Shown: piece after piece, positions 38,519-49,099 of the stretch | How positions within the stretch are numbered: position 1 is the first letter of the stretch | Layout of the letters: each line of letters opens with the position of its first letter | Source: Bacteroidota bacterium | GTDB taxonomy: Bacteria > Bacteroidota > Bacteroidia > Bacteroidales > F082 | Length of the DNA stretch: 64,000 bases | Direction of reading: 5' to 3' | Assembly: GCA_947505205.1 (NCBI GenBank) | Contig: CANNKD010000001.1 | Span: 15,744 to 79,743 of the forward strand | Notes under the pieces: model-generated | Database searches by the model: none | What the model saw: the letters and a program-made list of their open reading frames with translations, nothing else | Told to the model about the DNA's origin: nothing | Translations under genes and position numbers: made by a program

Positions 38519-39371
38519 GAATTTCCTCCAAACATTTCATCAAACTATCTTTCCAATAAGGAATCTCGATTTTCAAATCATGCTTAATTTTAGTCTTATT
38601 CAGAACGCTGTAGAACGGTCTTTTTGTTTTAACAGGATAATCTTTTGATTCAATAGGAATAACTTTGCAAGGAATATTTTCGAGTTCCATAATCGCAATT
38701 GCAAAATCATACCAACTGATAACACCCTCATTACTAAAATGATATACCTGTTTGAGTGTGTTTCCTGAATAGTTTGAAACAAGCGTAAAAATTGCTGATG
38801 CTAAATCGAAAGCCCATGTTGGTGTTCCAATCTGATCAGAAACAACACTTATTTCAGGTCGGGCAGATCCAACCCGGATCATCGTTTTCACAAAATTATT
38901 GCCAGTGGCGGAGTAAAGCCATGATGTTCGGATAATGACAGAGTTTACTTTATGACTGTTTAAAATTATTTCTGCATCAGCTTTTGTTTTAGCATATACA
39001 GAAATTGGATTCATAATATCATCTTCTGAATATGGCTTAAAGTTTTCACCATCAAATACATAATCTGTTGAGATGTGAACAAAAAGGGCATTATTTTTCA
39101 AACAGACATCGGCAAGAATTTTCACCGCTTCTGCATTTATTTTATTTGCAAGTTCGGGTTCATCTTCCGCTTTATCCACCGCTGTGTAGGCTGCACAATT
39201 AATGCAGACTTCAATTTTGTTCGCTTGAAAAAAAAAGGTTACGTCATTGTCAGAAGTAATATCCAAAACATCCCTGTCGGTGAAAAACCATTGTAAAGAA
39301 GTTAAATTTGAGGAGAATTTTTGCAATTCACTTCCCAACTGTCCGTAACTACCAGTTACTAATATATTCAT
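38496..39371 (-). CDS. rfbD: dTDP-4-dehydrorhamnose reductase
   Basis: N-terminal ILVTGSYGQLG Rossmann motif. 291 aa with the RmlD pattern (STDYVFDG). Confidence 0.88.
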   Translation of the reverse strand: MNILVTGSYGQLGSELQKFSSNLTSLQWFFTDRDVLDITSDNDVTFFFQANKIEVCINCAAYTAVDKAEDEPELANKINAEAVKILADVCLKNNALFVHISTDYVFDGENFKPYSEDDIMNPISVYAKTKADAEIILNSHKVNSVIIRTSWLYSATGNNFVKTMIRVGSARPEISVVSDQIGTPTWAFDLASAIFTLVSNYSGNTLKQVYHFSNEGVISWYDFAIAIMELENIPCKVIPIESKDYPVKTKRPFYSVLNKTKIKHDLKIEIPYWKDSLMKCLEEIHGQNQKK

Positions 39372-39379
39372 TATGAAAA

Positions 39380-40312
39380 TTATACGATTGTTTTAAAATA
39401 TTCTATCGTTCTTACCAAGCCTTCATCCAGATTGATTTTCGGTTCCCAATCGAGTATTTTTTTAGCCAGAGTAATATCTGGTTTTCGTTGCATCGGATCG
39501 TCGGATGGAAGTGGCTGAAAGATCAATTTTGAATTTGATCCGGTTAATTTTATTACTTTTTCTGCTAATTCCAACATTGTAAATTCGCCCGGATTACCAA
39601 CATTAACAGGTCCAGTAAAATCGTCACCAGTATTCATCAATTTAATCATGCCGTTGATTAAATCGTCAACATATTGAAAACTACGTGTTTGCATTCCATT
39701 CCCATAAATGGTAATGTCTTTTCCCTTCAACGCCTGAACAATGAAATTTGAAACAACTCTACCGTCATTCGGATCCATCCTTGGTCCATAAGTATTGAAA
39801 ATCCGGATAATTTTGATCCTTACGTTATTCTGCTGATGGTAATTGATGAAAAGCGTTTCGGCACATCGTTTTCCTTCGTCGTAACACGAACGTTGGCCAA
39901 TTGGATTTACATGTCCCCAATAGGATTCAACCTGTGGATGAATTTCAGGATCGCCATAGACCTCGCTGGTAGATGCTTGTAAAATCTTGGCTTTCACACG
40001 TTTAGCAAGTCCAAGCATATTGATCGCCCCCATAACAGAAGTCTTGACAGTTTTGATGCCATTATATTGATAATGAATAGGTGAGGCTGGACAAGCCAAA
40101 TTAAAAATTTCATCAACCTCGACAAAAAATGGCGAAGTAACATCATGTCTGATTAATTCAAAATATGGATTATCAAGTAGATGCATGATATTCCGCTTAT
40201 TTCCGGTGAAATAATTATCCATACAGATAACATCATTTCCTTCTTTCAGCAATCTTTCGCAGAGATGAGAACCTAAAAACCCGGCACCACCTGTAATAAG
40301 AATTCTTTTCAT
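39380..40312 (-). CDS. UDP-glucuronate decarboxylase (UDP-xylose synthase)
   Basis: [17 protein letters not shown] YxxxK (YDEGKR), strong UXS-like pattern. 310 aa. Confidence 0.88.
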   Translation of the reverse strand: MKRILITGGAGFLGSHLCERLLKEGNDVICMDNYFTGNKRNIMHLLDNPYFELIRHDVTSPFFVEVDEIFNLACPASPIHYQYNGIKTVKTSVMGAINMLGLAKRVKAKILQASTSEVYGDPEIHPQVESYWGHVNPIGQRSCYDEGKRCAETLFINYHQQNNVRIKIIRIFNTYGPRMDPNDGRVVSNFIVQALKGKDITIYGNGMQTRSFQYVDDLINGMIKLMNTGDDFTGPVNVGNPGEFTMLELAEKVIKLTGSNSKLIFQPLPSDDPMQRKPDITLAKKILDWEPKINLDEGLVRTIEYFKTIV

Positions 40313-40350
40313 ATTGTATCGTGTTGATAGTTAATCAAATGTAATAATTA

Positions 40351-41670
40351 TTATGTTCTGACACCAATGCAGAAGTAATCAAATCCTTCGGTTTTCATTT
40401 CTTTGGCTTCATAAATATTTCTGCCATCGAAAATAGTCGGGTTTTTCAGTAATTTTTTGATTACCCGAAAGTTAGGGAATTTAAACTCAGACCATTCTGT
40501 AACAATTACCAGGGCATCAGCGTCGATTAACGCATCATATTGATCTTTGGCATATTCAATTGTGTGACCAAGAATCCGTTCACCTTCTTCTTGTGCAACC
40601 GGGTCGTAGGCTCTAACTTTTGCTCCTGCTCCGAGTAGTTTTTCAATAATCACCAATGAAGGTGCTTCGCGCATATCGTCAGTATTTGGTTTAAAGGATA
40701 ATCCCCATAAAGCGATGGTTTTCCCTTTAATGTCTCCATTAAAATATTTATATAACTTATTGAACAGCACAGACTTCTGATCGTCATTCACATCTTCAAC
40801 TGCCTGAAGTACACGTAAATCGTAATTGTATTTTCTTGCAGTTTTAATCAAAGCTTTCACGTCTTTAGGAAAACAAGAACCACCATACCCAGTTCCTGGA
40901 TAGATGAAATATTTACCTATACGTCTGTCAGATCCAATGCCTTTTCGAACCATATTAATGTCAGCGCCAACAATTTCGCATAAATTAGCGATATCGTTGA
41001 TAAAACTGATTTTTGTTGCAAGCATTGCATTTGCAGCATATTTTGTCATTTCGGCAGAAACAATATCCATGAAAACCACCGGATGACCGTTCATTGTAAA
41101 TGGTTTATACAAACGCGACATTAATTCCTCAGCGCGTTCAGAATCAAGACCAACTACAATTCGATCGGGTTTCAGGAAATCATCAACAGCTGCCCCTTCT
41201 TTTAAAAATTCAGGATTTGATGCAACATCGAAAGGAATTTTAACACCTCTTTTATCCAATTCTTCTTGTATTGCATTTCGAACTTTCTCTGCAGTTCCAA
41301 CAGGAACGGTGCTTTTTGTGACCATCAAAATATAATCCTGCATATTTTGGCCAACTTCTCTGGCAACAGCAAGAACATATTTCAAATCTGCACTGCCATC
41401 TTCATCAGGAGGCGTGCCAACTGCACTGAAAACAACCTGACAGTCATCCAAAGTTGATCCAAGATTTGTAGTGAAAAATAAACGTTTTTTCTCAACATTT
41501 CTTAAAACCATTTCTTCCAATCCTGGTTCATAAATGGGAATAATTCCTTTGTTTAGATTGTCTACTTTCTTTTTGTCAATATCAACACAATGAACGTCAA
41601 TACCAACTTCCGAAAAACATGTACCTGTTACCAAACCTACGTAACCAGTACCAACAATAGTAATTTTCAT
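40351..41670 (-). CDS. ugd: UDP-glucose 6-dehydrogenase
   Basis: N-terminal GTGYVG and catalytic GGSCFPKD. 439 aa. Confidence 0.92.
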   Translation of the reverse strand: MKITIVGTGYVGLVTGTCFSEVGIDVHCVDIDKKKVDNLNKGIIPIYEPGLEEMVLRNVEKKRLFFTTNLGSTLDDCQVVFSAVGTPPDEDGSADLKYVLAVAREVGQNMQDYILMVTKSTVPVGTAEKVRNAIQEELDKRGVKIPFDVASNPEFLKEGAAVDDFLKPDRIVVGLDSERAEELMSRLYKPFTMNGHPVVFMDIVSAEMTKYAANAMLATKISFINDIANLCEIVGADINMVRKGIGSDRRIGKYFIYPGTGYGGSCFPKDVKALIKTARKYNYDLRVLQAVEDVNDDQKSVLFNKLYKYFNGDIKGKTIALWGLSFKPNTDDMREAPSLVIIEKLLGAGAKVRAYDPVAQEEGERILGHTIEYAKDQYDALIDADALVIVTEWSEFKFPNFRVIKKLLKNPTIFDGRNIYEAKEMKTEGFDYFCIGVRT

Positions 41671-41742
41671 ACGAATACTTTATTAGATAATTAATTTATT
41701 TTCACGACAACGGTGTAATAATCTTTGTTTTAGGGGCTAAAT

Positions 41743-41750
41743 CAAAGTTA
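41743..41750 (-). promoter_or_regulatory. -7 promoter element TAacTTTG (minus strand)
   Basis: Plus strand reads CAAAgtTA, 73 nt upstream of the ugd ATG. Confidence 0.3.
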
Positions 41751-41982
41751 AAGATAGCGATATTTCGAATAAATGAATTAAATTTTTAAAATAATTCAAT
41801 TTATTTATAAAAAATACAGCGAGAATTAATTGTAAAATACAGAAACATAAGAGGTTAACAAATGGAGTTGGATATAATCACGGTCTAATTTTCTCAGAAT
41901 ATTTTGGTAATTGCCTTTCGTTCAGATTTATATTCATTCAAAGAAATTGGATTTTAAAGTCATTGTAGGTTAGCCAGAGACA

Positions 41983-44079
41983 CTATTTAAGCCATTTGTC
42001 GAGCCAGTTAAAAAATCGCCTTTGCCATAAAACACCATTTTGTGGTTTTAAAACCCAGTGATTTTCATCTGGAAAATAGAGGTATTCAGCAGGTAAACCT
42101 TTGATTATTGCTGCATTAAAAGCCTGCATTCCCTGAGAAGCAACAATTCGGTAATCGAGTTCTCCGTGTACAACCAAAATAGGTGTATCCCATTTTTCAA
42201 CAAATTTATGCGGCGAATTTGCAAATGACCATTGTGCAACCTTATTGTTTTTATCCCAAAATGGGCCACCAAGATCCCAGTTAGCGAACCACATTTCTTC
42301 AGTCTCAAGATATTGAGATTCAAGATTAAACATTCCGTCGTGTGCAATAAATGCTTTAAAACGCTTGTTATGATTTCCGGCTAACCAATAGACAGAGAAT
42401 CCTCCATAACTAGCTCCGACTGCACCTAATTTATTGGCATCAACATAAGGTTCTTTTGAAACTGCATCTATAGCGGCAAGATAATCCTTCATATTTTGTC
42501 CGCCATAATCGCCGCTTATTTGTTCGTTCCATTCTTTGCCAAATCCTTGTAAGCCTCGTCTGTTTGGTGCAACAATAATGTAACCATTGGCTGCCATCAT
42601 TTGAAAATTCCAGCGAAAAGACCAAAATTGACTAACAGTACTTTGTGGTCCACCCTGGCAATAAAGAAGTGTAGGATATTTTTTTGAAGGATCGAAATGT
42701 GGTGGGTAAATAATCCATGTCAGCATTTGTTTTCCATCGGTAGTTTTAATCCAACGTTCTTCAATTTTCGCAACAGTCAATTGATCAAAAATGCTTTTGT
42801 TGACGTAGGTGAGTTGAGTTTGACTCCCTGCTTTTTCAGTTACCGAATAGATTTCAACAGGTGCTGACATCGACATTTTAGTGCCTATAAGTTTATCACC
42901 AGCCGGAATAACAGAAGTATAGTCGTGCATTCCTTCTGTGATTTTTTTTATTTCTCCGTTTGCAAGCTCCAACTTATAAATTTGATCAAGCGCATGCCAG
43001 TTGCTGATAAAATAGATTGACTTGCTGTCAGCAGACCAGGCTAATCCGCGTGCATCCTGATCGAAGGTAATTGAATAATCTTTTTTAACGCCTGTTTTCC
43101 TGTCCATGACAAATAACCGAACCTTATCTGCTTCATAACCATCACGTTCCATACTTTCCCAAGCCATAAAGTTTCCGTCAGGCGAAAAAACTGGTGAAAC
43201 ATCATAACCCATCATTCCTTCTGTAAGGTTAGTCGTTTTCTTGGTTTCAAGATCAAAATAATAGAGATCGGAGTTTGTAGAGAAACTGTAATCTTTACCG
43301 GTTTTCTTGCGACAAGTATAAACAATTGCTTTGCTATCTGGTGTCCAGGTAATTTGTTCCATGCCTCCGAAAGGAGCTAATGGTGTTTCAAATGGTTCAT
43401 TTTCAAGTATATCACATATATTTGATAAACCTTTTTCGGAATAGTTAGCCGAAAAAACATGACTATACGTATCAACCCAGTGATCCCAATGCCGATACAT
43501 CATATCGTTTATTACTCTGCCCGAACTTTTCGAAAGGTCAGGATATATATCTGCAACTGTTTGATTTGCTTTTACATCGGCTATATAAAGGACTTTGGTT
43601 TGATCAGGTGAATACGTAAATCCATTAATTCCGCCCTCAACTTCGGACATTTTTATTCTTTCTGTTCCATCAGGATTCATTTCCCAAAGTTGCATGCTGC
43701 CTGATTCGGCTGACATAAAACCAATCTTTTTCCCGTCAGGTCGCCATCTTGGGTTATATTCACCGAAAGTTGTACTTGTTAACCGCACCATCGCACCACC
43801 TTCAGAAGGGATGGTATATAATTCAGCATTGCCTTTATTTTGTTCCAAATCGTAATAGGTCAATCCAAATACAATGGTGTTTTTATCAGGTGAAAGGGCA
43901 ACTTCGCCAATTCTGCCCATTGACCATAGCACTTCCGGGGTAATCAAATCGCTGGAGAGTTTAATATCTTTTGGTCCTATTGGAGCAGGGATATTTGTTT
44001 CAGATTTATTTTCAGATGTTGTACATGCCTGAAAACCAATTATTAATATGATAATTGGAATTAAAAATATTTTATTCAT
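41983..44079 (-). CDS. S9-family serine peptidase (beta-propeller plus alpha/beta hydrolase), lipoprotein
   Basis: Lipobox signal MNKIFLIPIIILIIGFQAC, nucleophile motif GASYGG, C-terminal HGELDYR...DENHW catalytic residues. Confidence 0.88.
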   Translation of the reverse strand: MNKIFLIPIIILIIGFQACTTSENKSETNIPAPIGPKDIKLSSDLITPEVLWSMGRIGEVALSPDKNTIVFGLTYYDLEQNKGNAELYTIPSEGGAMVRLTSTTFGEYNPRWRPDGKKIGFMSAESGSMQLWEMNPDGTERIKMSEVEGGINGFTYSPDQTKVLYIADVKANQTVADIYPDLSKSSGRVINDMMYRHWDHWVDTYSHVFSANYSEKGLSNICDILENEPFETPLAPFGGMEQITWTPDSKAIVYTCRKKTGKDYSFSTNSDLYYFDLETKKTTNLTEGMMGYDVSPVFSPDGNFMAWESMERDGYEADKVRLFVMDRKTGVKKDYSITFDQDARGLAWSADSKSIYFISNWHALDQIYKLELANGEIKKITEGMHDYTSVIPAGDKLIGTKMSMSAPVEIYSVTEKAGSQTQLTYVNKSIFDQLTVAKIEERWIKTTDGKQMLTWIIYPPHFDPSKKYPTLLYCQGGPQSTVSQFWSFRWNFQMMAANGYIIVAPNRRGLQGFGKEWNEQISGDYGGQNMKDYLAAIDAVSKEPYVDANKLGAVGASYGGFSVYWLAGNHNKRFKAFIAHDGMFNLESQYLETEEMWFANWDLGGPFWDKNNKVAQWSFANSPHKFVEKWDTPILVVHGELDYRIVASQGMQAFNAAIIKGLPAEYLYFPDENHWVLKPQNGVLWQRRFFNWLDKWLK

Positions 44080-44149
44080 CAGGTGAATTTTTATAGGTTT
44101 GTAAGCCACTAAATTAAACAAATAATTAAAGGTCTTTCAATCAAATTTT

Positions 44150-46339
44150 CTATTTAAGCTGTATTATGGATGGAAATCCATTTACGGACAAGGATTGTGT
44201 CCTGTTGTAAGAAGTAAAATCGATCCAATATTTTTCGTCGTCGAGATAATTTATGCGAATTGGTTCGGATGGAAATGTATATTTAATATTCGTTTTAACA
44301 AGTGGATCGTTATTTTTTATTGACCACATAACAATATATTTACTTCCATCAGTTTGATTTTCAAAAAGATAACTATAATATTGTTGATCTTCATTAAGCA
44401 CTTCTTTTAAAATACAATTTCCTACTATTTCCTGAAATTCAGCAAAAACCTTAAATGATATTTTTTCTTGGAAAGAAGTATTGGCTGAACTGCATAAACC
44501 AGATCGGGAATGGAGCACTGAATTTCTATTTTCATTGGCAAAAAAGTACCAATAAACGATATCGGCATTGTTCCTAAGCAGCAAAAGTGCAGCCCTCAAC
44601 CCCCATGCTGCCTGTTGATTTTCAGTAACACATTCCAAATGATCGCAATCTTCTCCGCCACCATTAGAGTCATAACCAAACTCTGTAATAATCAGTGGTT
44701 TGCCGGGTAAATTGACATTTCTAAAGTTACTTAAATTTCTCACTCCCAACAACTCTGATCGCGGATTCTCTGGATTTACACTTATTCGCATTCCATTTTC
44801 ATTAAAGGTATGTGAATAAAAATGTCCATTGATTCCATCTATCATTTTTAAAGTCGAAGCGTCAAGTTTTGAACCGATATAGTTGTTCGATTCAAGATTC
44901 TCATTTGGACGAAATGTGGCTTGAAAAGCTGCCGGAAATACTTGCATATTAGATTTAGATGCTTTGATTCCGCTAACTATTCCCAGAAGAATACGATTGT
45001 ATAATTCATCCTGATAATCCCAAGGTTCGTTTCCAACTTCCACAATATCAATCAATTTTGTTTTGTTTCCAAAATATGATCCAAATTCAAAACCATATTT
45101 AAAAGAATCATTAAAAGGATTCTTCCACATTGAATCTGTAATCGTACTTTGTTGAAATTGAATACTTGCATCAATTGTGAATCCAGCATCTTTCCAGTCA
45201 GCATATTCACGACCCCAATCAAGCCAATCTTTTGCAGTTGTCCCCTTGGTTTTCATAGTTTCATAACCTGCACTTTCACCGGGTTTTGTAATATCCCAAA
45301 TCATATTGTGGTATGACCGTGCAAGATTTCCCATTTTGAAATATTTTTCAGAACCCTGACCAATGGGAATATTATCTGAATAAGTGTTAAAACCCCATCC
45401 CCAGAAACCATTGATACCAATGCGATCGCGCATCGTTTTATTGTTCAAAGCCATTTGTTCGGATTTACCAAATGGGCCATATTTATCATAAACCTTTAAT
45501 TCCCAAATCATTGACTTTCCATAATCGGATAAATTGAGTGTGTGAACCAATCGTAAATATTGTGCTTGAACCTCTGATTCCAGCACAACTGGAACCATTG
45601 AAATCGCCTTTGGCTGTAGATTTGCAACCGTTTCCCATGTTTTCCTATCAGAAGAAATCTGAATACTTGACTTTATAACATTTTCACCACTCATATTTCG
45701 AACATAAACCTGACCAATTGGAAGAACTGAACCAAAATCGGCTTCAACATATACTTCCGGATAACTATCCATTGCTGCAATTTCGAATACGTCGAAAGGC
45801 GCATTACTAACCATGGAAATACCTATAATTTCCTTGTAATCATTCAATTTCATAGTTTGAATCTTGAAATTTTCAGAAGGTAAAATGTTAAACAGAAACT
45901 GAAATCGGTTAACTGTTTCAATGAAAACCTTTACTGTGTCAGAAACACTTAGTTTCATTGAAGAAAGTAATATTTGAGTTGGTGTTCGAAAGGGAATAAG
46001 AAATCTGTATTTTCCATCGATCTCCCTTTTACTAATCTCTGATTTTGTATTGAGATTACCGTCAAAAACATTCGCATTAGATTCTGTAATGTTTTGATTA
46101 ACAACAATATAAATACAGTTATAATCGAAATTAGCGATATATTTCTCGGGTAAAATATCTTCAGAAATCCAATAAGTATTGATGTTATTGTCACTGATGA
46201 ATTCAAGATTATTTCCTGGAGATGCACTGAAAGATGCGTTCTCGGTATAAGATTTTATTCTGCCGGCTTCAGGATAATATTGTGCAACAGAAATTTGCGC
46301 AAAACTTAGAAAGAGAAATACTAAAAATACAATCTTCAT
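44150..46339 (-). CDS. Secreted protein: N-terminal F5/8-type-C (CBM32-like) modules plus a clan GH-A-like TIM-barrel hydrolase domain
   Basis: Signal peptide MKIVFLVFLFLSFAQISVAQ. DNNINTYW / FDGNLNT discoidin-like motifs. VGNEPW (acid/base-like) and LIITEFGYD (nucleophile-like) lie about 110 aa apart. Confidence 0.6.
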   Translation of the reverse strand: MKIVFLVFLFLSFAQISVAQYYPEAGRIKSYTENASFSASPGNNLEFISDNNINTYWISEDILPEKYIANFDYNCIYIVVNQNITESNANVFDGNLNTKSEISKREIDGKYRFLIPFRTPTQILLSSMKLSVSDTVKVFIETVNRFQFLFNILPSENFKIQTMKLNDYKEIIGISMVSNAPFDVFEIAAMDSYPEVYVEADFGSVLPIGQVYVRNMSGENVIKSSIQISSDRKTWETVANLQPKAISMVPVVLESEVQAQYLRLVHTLNLSDYGKSMIWELKVYDKYGPFGKSEQMALNNKTMRDRIGINGFWGWGFNTYSDNIPIGQGSEKYFKMGNLARSYHNMIWDITKPGESAGYETMKTKGTTAKDWLDWGREYADWKDAGFTIDASIQFQQSTITDSMWKNPFNDSFKYGFEFGSYFGNKTKLIDIVEVGNEPWDYQDELYNRILLGIVSGIKASKSNMQVFPAAFQATFRPNENLESNNYIGSKLDASTLKMIDGINGHFYSHTFNENGMRISVNPENPRSELLGVRNLSNFRNVNLPGKPLIITEFGYDSNGGGEDCDHLECVTENQQAAWGLRAALLLLRNNADIVYWYFFANENRNSVLHSRSGLCSSANTSFQEKISFKVFAEFQEIVGNCILKEVLNEDQQYYSYLFENQTDGSKYIVMWSIKNNDPLVKTNIKYTFPSEPIRINYLDDEKYWIDFTSYNRTQSLSVNGFPSIIQLK

Positions 46340-46356
46340 CTTAATTCTAATTTCAC

Positions 46357-46364
46357 CAAAGATA
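46357..46364 (-). promoter_or_regulatory. -7 promoter element TAtcTTTG (minus strand)
   Basis: Plus strand reads CAAAgaTA, 18 nt upstream of ATG 46339. Supports the shorter start. Confidence 0.35.
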
Positions 46365-46633
46365 AATGATAATATTATTTCACCGGAAAATACTAAAACA
46401 GAAAAAGCCATTGCGTTGATTTACAATGGCTTAATATTTGTAGCGATATCGGCTACTACAACACCCCAAAAACATCAAGGAAAGTCAATCAGAGTAAATG
46501 AAAGCATTGATAATCAATAACTATATTTTACCTTTTTTTTACATTTATTTATCACAAACCGTCCCTTCGAACCGTCCCCTGTTATTTTTATTGTTGTATA
46601 TTTGTATAGCTAAAAACATTAAAATTAAGTGCA

Positions 46634-46831
46634 ATGGGAGTTTCGATTAGAGAGAACCTAAAAGAGTCCGGAACACGAAGTTTATTCTTAGATATTTTCC
46701 ATGATAGAAAAAGGTACTTGGAGTATTTAGGCTTGCACCTAAAAAAAGCCAGAACAGCTGAGGATAGATATTTTAATAAAGAAACAAACCGCTTTGCCGA
46801 AAAATTGAGTGCAGAAAAGGATCTCCATTAA
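46634..46831 (+). pseudogene. Remnant of a Bacteroidota-type tyrosine integrase (N-terminal Arm DNA-binding domain only)
   Basis: MGVSIRENLKESGTRSLFLDIFHDRKRYLEYLGLHLKKARTAEDRYFNKETNRFAEKL matches the usual N-terminus of phage-integrase-family proteins. There is no SAM-like or catalytic domain downstream in any frame. Confidence 0.55.
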
Positions 46832-47023
46832 TGACATAGAAACTTATCATTATGGATGACAAATTCGAAACATAATTTCAAGTCACACTTGAAAACAAGG
46901 ATGATTCCTCAGTATGATAAATAGTTATTTCATATATCATAAAAAAAAAGTCCATAATTAAAACGGAACGGATTTCGAAAAGCTTTATGAGATGGAAAAA
47001 ATAAATAAATAAACAAGTGTGTC

Positions 47024-48346
47024 ATGAAAACTATTCTAAGATTATTATGTGCATTTTTTGTAATGTTGGTTTTAAGTGTATTTGCATCTCGCGAAAAGTC
47101 AGATCCAACAGATCCTGAAATAAACCCATTTAGCAATGGCGGGAATGAGAGGAGTATGATTGTTGTTCTCAGTGACATGCATCTCGGTGCAGATTTATCT
47201 TATGCTGAATGCAAGGAAAACCTTGTGGCTCTTGAAAAATTGCTTCAAAAGATAAAAACTGCTCCCAACGTTAAAGAACTTGTTATCGCCGGAGACCTGA
47301 TAGATGAATGCTTTGTACCAGCCGTTTCAGATACATATCAGGGAAAAGATCAGGCTGATTTTGTAAATCGTATTGAGGTAGCTAACAAAGACGTTTTTGA
47401 TGTTATTAATAGTATCATTTAGGATGAGAATATTCTGGTTACATGCGTGCCCGGAAATCACGACCTAACCATTACAGCAGCAAATATTGAAAGTATCCTT
47501 CCGGGGATAAATCAGGCACGGGATCAAGTGCATGGCTTAGGTGCCTATTCTCCGGTTGGGAATCCTAAAATAGCAATCGAGCATGGTCACCGATACAATT
47601 TCTGCTGTGCACCCGATCCGTTTTCAAATCAGCTTATTGCTCCGGGTACCATATTGCCTCCCGGTTATTTTTTTACAAGATTAGGCGCACTTTATAAGAT
47701 TCAGAATTTTCCGCATGCAGGAGATACCTTACCAAATATTACAGAAAACATTTTGGGGGGTGAAAGCCAGTATTTATTATTTAAATATTGGATAATATGG
47801 AAAATGGCAATCACAATGTTCCCAATTACAAACAGATTTGATGAAAAAATCATTCTTACAAAGGTTGGTGGATTCACGGGTAATTATTCAGTTGATGATC
47901 TTGTTCCTTATCAGTCATCACCAGGCGGATTGATCGATTTGAATCTTTATCAAGGAATTCAGGATAAATGGGAAGCTAGACAAACTCACAATAATGTAGT
48001 TATACATACTGAAACTGCCCGTGCCATCGATTCTGTAAATTCAAGTAAAGAAACTGATTATCAGGTGGAACTGCAATTCTTTATAAATCCTGACTCTGAT
48101 AAAAGAATTGTTATATTTGATCATACACACACACCTAAAATGGGTGCGCCGACAAATTATGACAATCAGAAATGTATTTATGTGAATTCAGGAACATGCA
48201 TTTATCATAATCCAGGAAAAACTACTTTGAATTTTGTCGTCATTACACCCCAGAGCCTTGATCCTTCTTCCCGAACCTTAATAAAACTTTACAATTTTGA
48301 AAATGAAATTGTAACAAATATGGATGAAGATTCATTACGCTATTAA
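47024..48346 (+). pseudogene. Secreted metallophosphoesterase interrupted by a single in-frame TAG (47420-47422)
   Basis: The two track ORFs are in the same frame, 8 codons apart. Motifs DMHLG, GDLID, GNHD, EHGH and DHTH are all intact. Signal peptide at the N-terminus. Confidence 0.72.
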
Positions 48347-48468
48347 CGGAAAGCAAATGCATTATATGTGTTTGAAATATGTAATAATGTTCGTTACGGT
48401 TCCCAATATTTAGTAATTTCACCAACCACATTTCAAAGATTCCAAAATATTTGCTTGTTTGCCCTAAG

Positions 48469-48494
48469 GCGTCCCCAGGGCTGGGGGCGCTTTT
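48469..48494 (+). terminator. Rho-independent terminator
   Basis: gcgtcccca / tgggggcgc 9-bp stem (one G-U), loop gggc, then TTTT. Confidence 0.55.
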
Positions 48495-48562
48495 AATATT
48501 CTCAGTCTCAAATAAATACTTATAGCCAGTTCATTGTTATTACATTTGCAGGAAAAAGTTGA

Positions 48563-48859
48563 ATAAATCACTATCTGTTAACATTCACTCCTGAAAACGG
48601 AAAAATTGCAATCAAAGCTGAACAAGATGAAATTCAAACTTTGGTTTCATTTAAAGATACTGGTATTGGAATAAATCCGAACAGAATAAAAAATATTTTC
48701 GATGAGTCTATATTTGAAACAACGCTAGGTACAAATAAAGAGAAAGGTTCAGGCCTTGGATTAAAACTATGTAAATACTTTGTGGAACAACACAGCGGAA
48801 AAATTTGGGTTGAAACTGAAACTGGAAAAGGAAGTGCATTTTTTTTAGCATACCGGTGA
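48563..48859 (+). pseudogene. C-terminal HATPase_c fragment of a histidine kinase (5'-truncated)
   Basis: The frame is open only from 48563. It encodes ...FTPENGKIAIKAEQDE...FKDTGIGI...GSGLGLKLCKYFVEQHSGKIWVETE.. (N, G1, G2 boxes). There is no HisKA or sensor part upstream. Confidence 0.65.
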
Positions 48860-49099
48860 AATTGTAGTTATGCAAGTTAAATAATGCTTTGTTATGAAGT
48901 GCAAGTCAGAATAGAATATAAACAAGTGCTTACTCAATCTCACGGCAGTCGAGAATAATGCACGAAAAACTTTAATGCTCCCCTTTTTTTTGGATAAGCA
49001 TGCTCCTGAATAGTTCAATTCCTTTTCAAGCAAAGTGGGGATCAACTCATGGGTGGAATGGCATACATTAGCTTTCAACTATTTGAAAATCATTCCGAA

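Noticed and set aside
46446-46470. Possible att repeat: gtagcga near 46449 matches the tRNA 3' end and flank (51470-51477).
   Set aside because: Only a 7-mer is identical, with poor flanking identity. That is expected by chance at this search size, so it is not evidence of an attachment site.
47420-47422. Stop-codon reassignment as an explanation for the in-frame TAG here and the in-frame TAA at 18577.
   Set aside because: TAG, TAA and TGA all terminate well-conserved genes at their expected C-termini in this window (TAG: OFOR alpha, DHOD-like, L31; TAA: recA, hoxU; TGA: hypE after PRIC).
48845-49078. 77-aa minus-strand ORF between the kinase fragment and the T9SS gene. The 82-aa ORF at 46930-47178 (minus) is similar.
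   Set aside because: No motif and odd composition. It overlaps a neighbouring gene's end or signal-peptide region and lies in a zone of evident gene decay.
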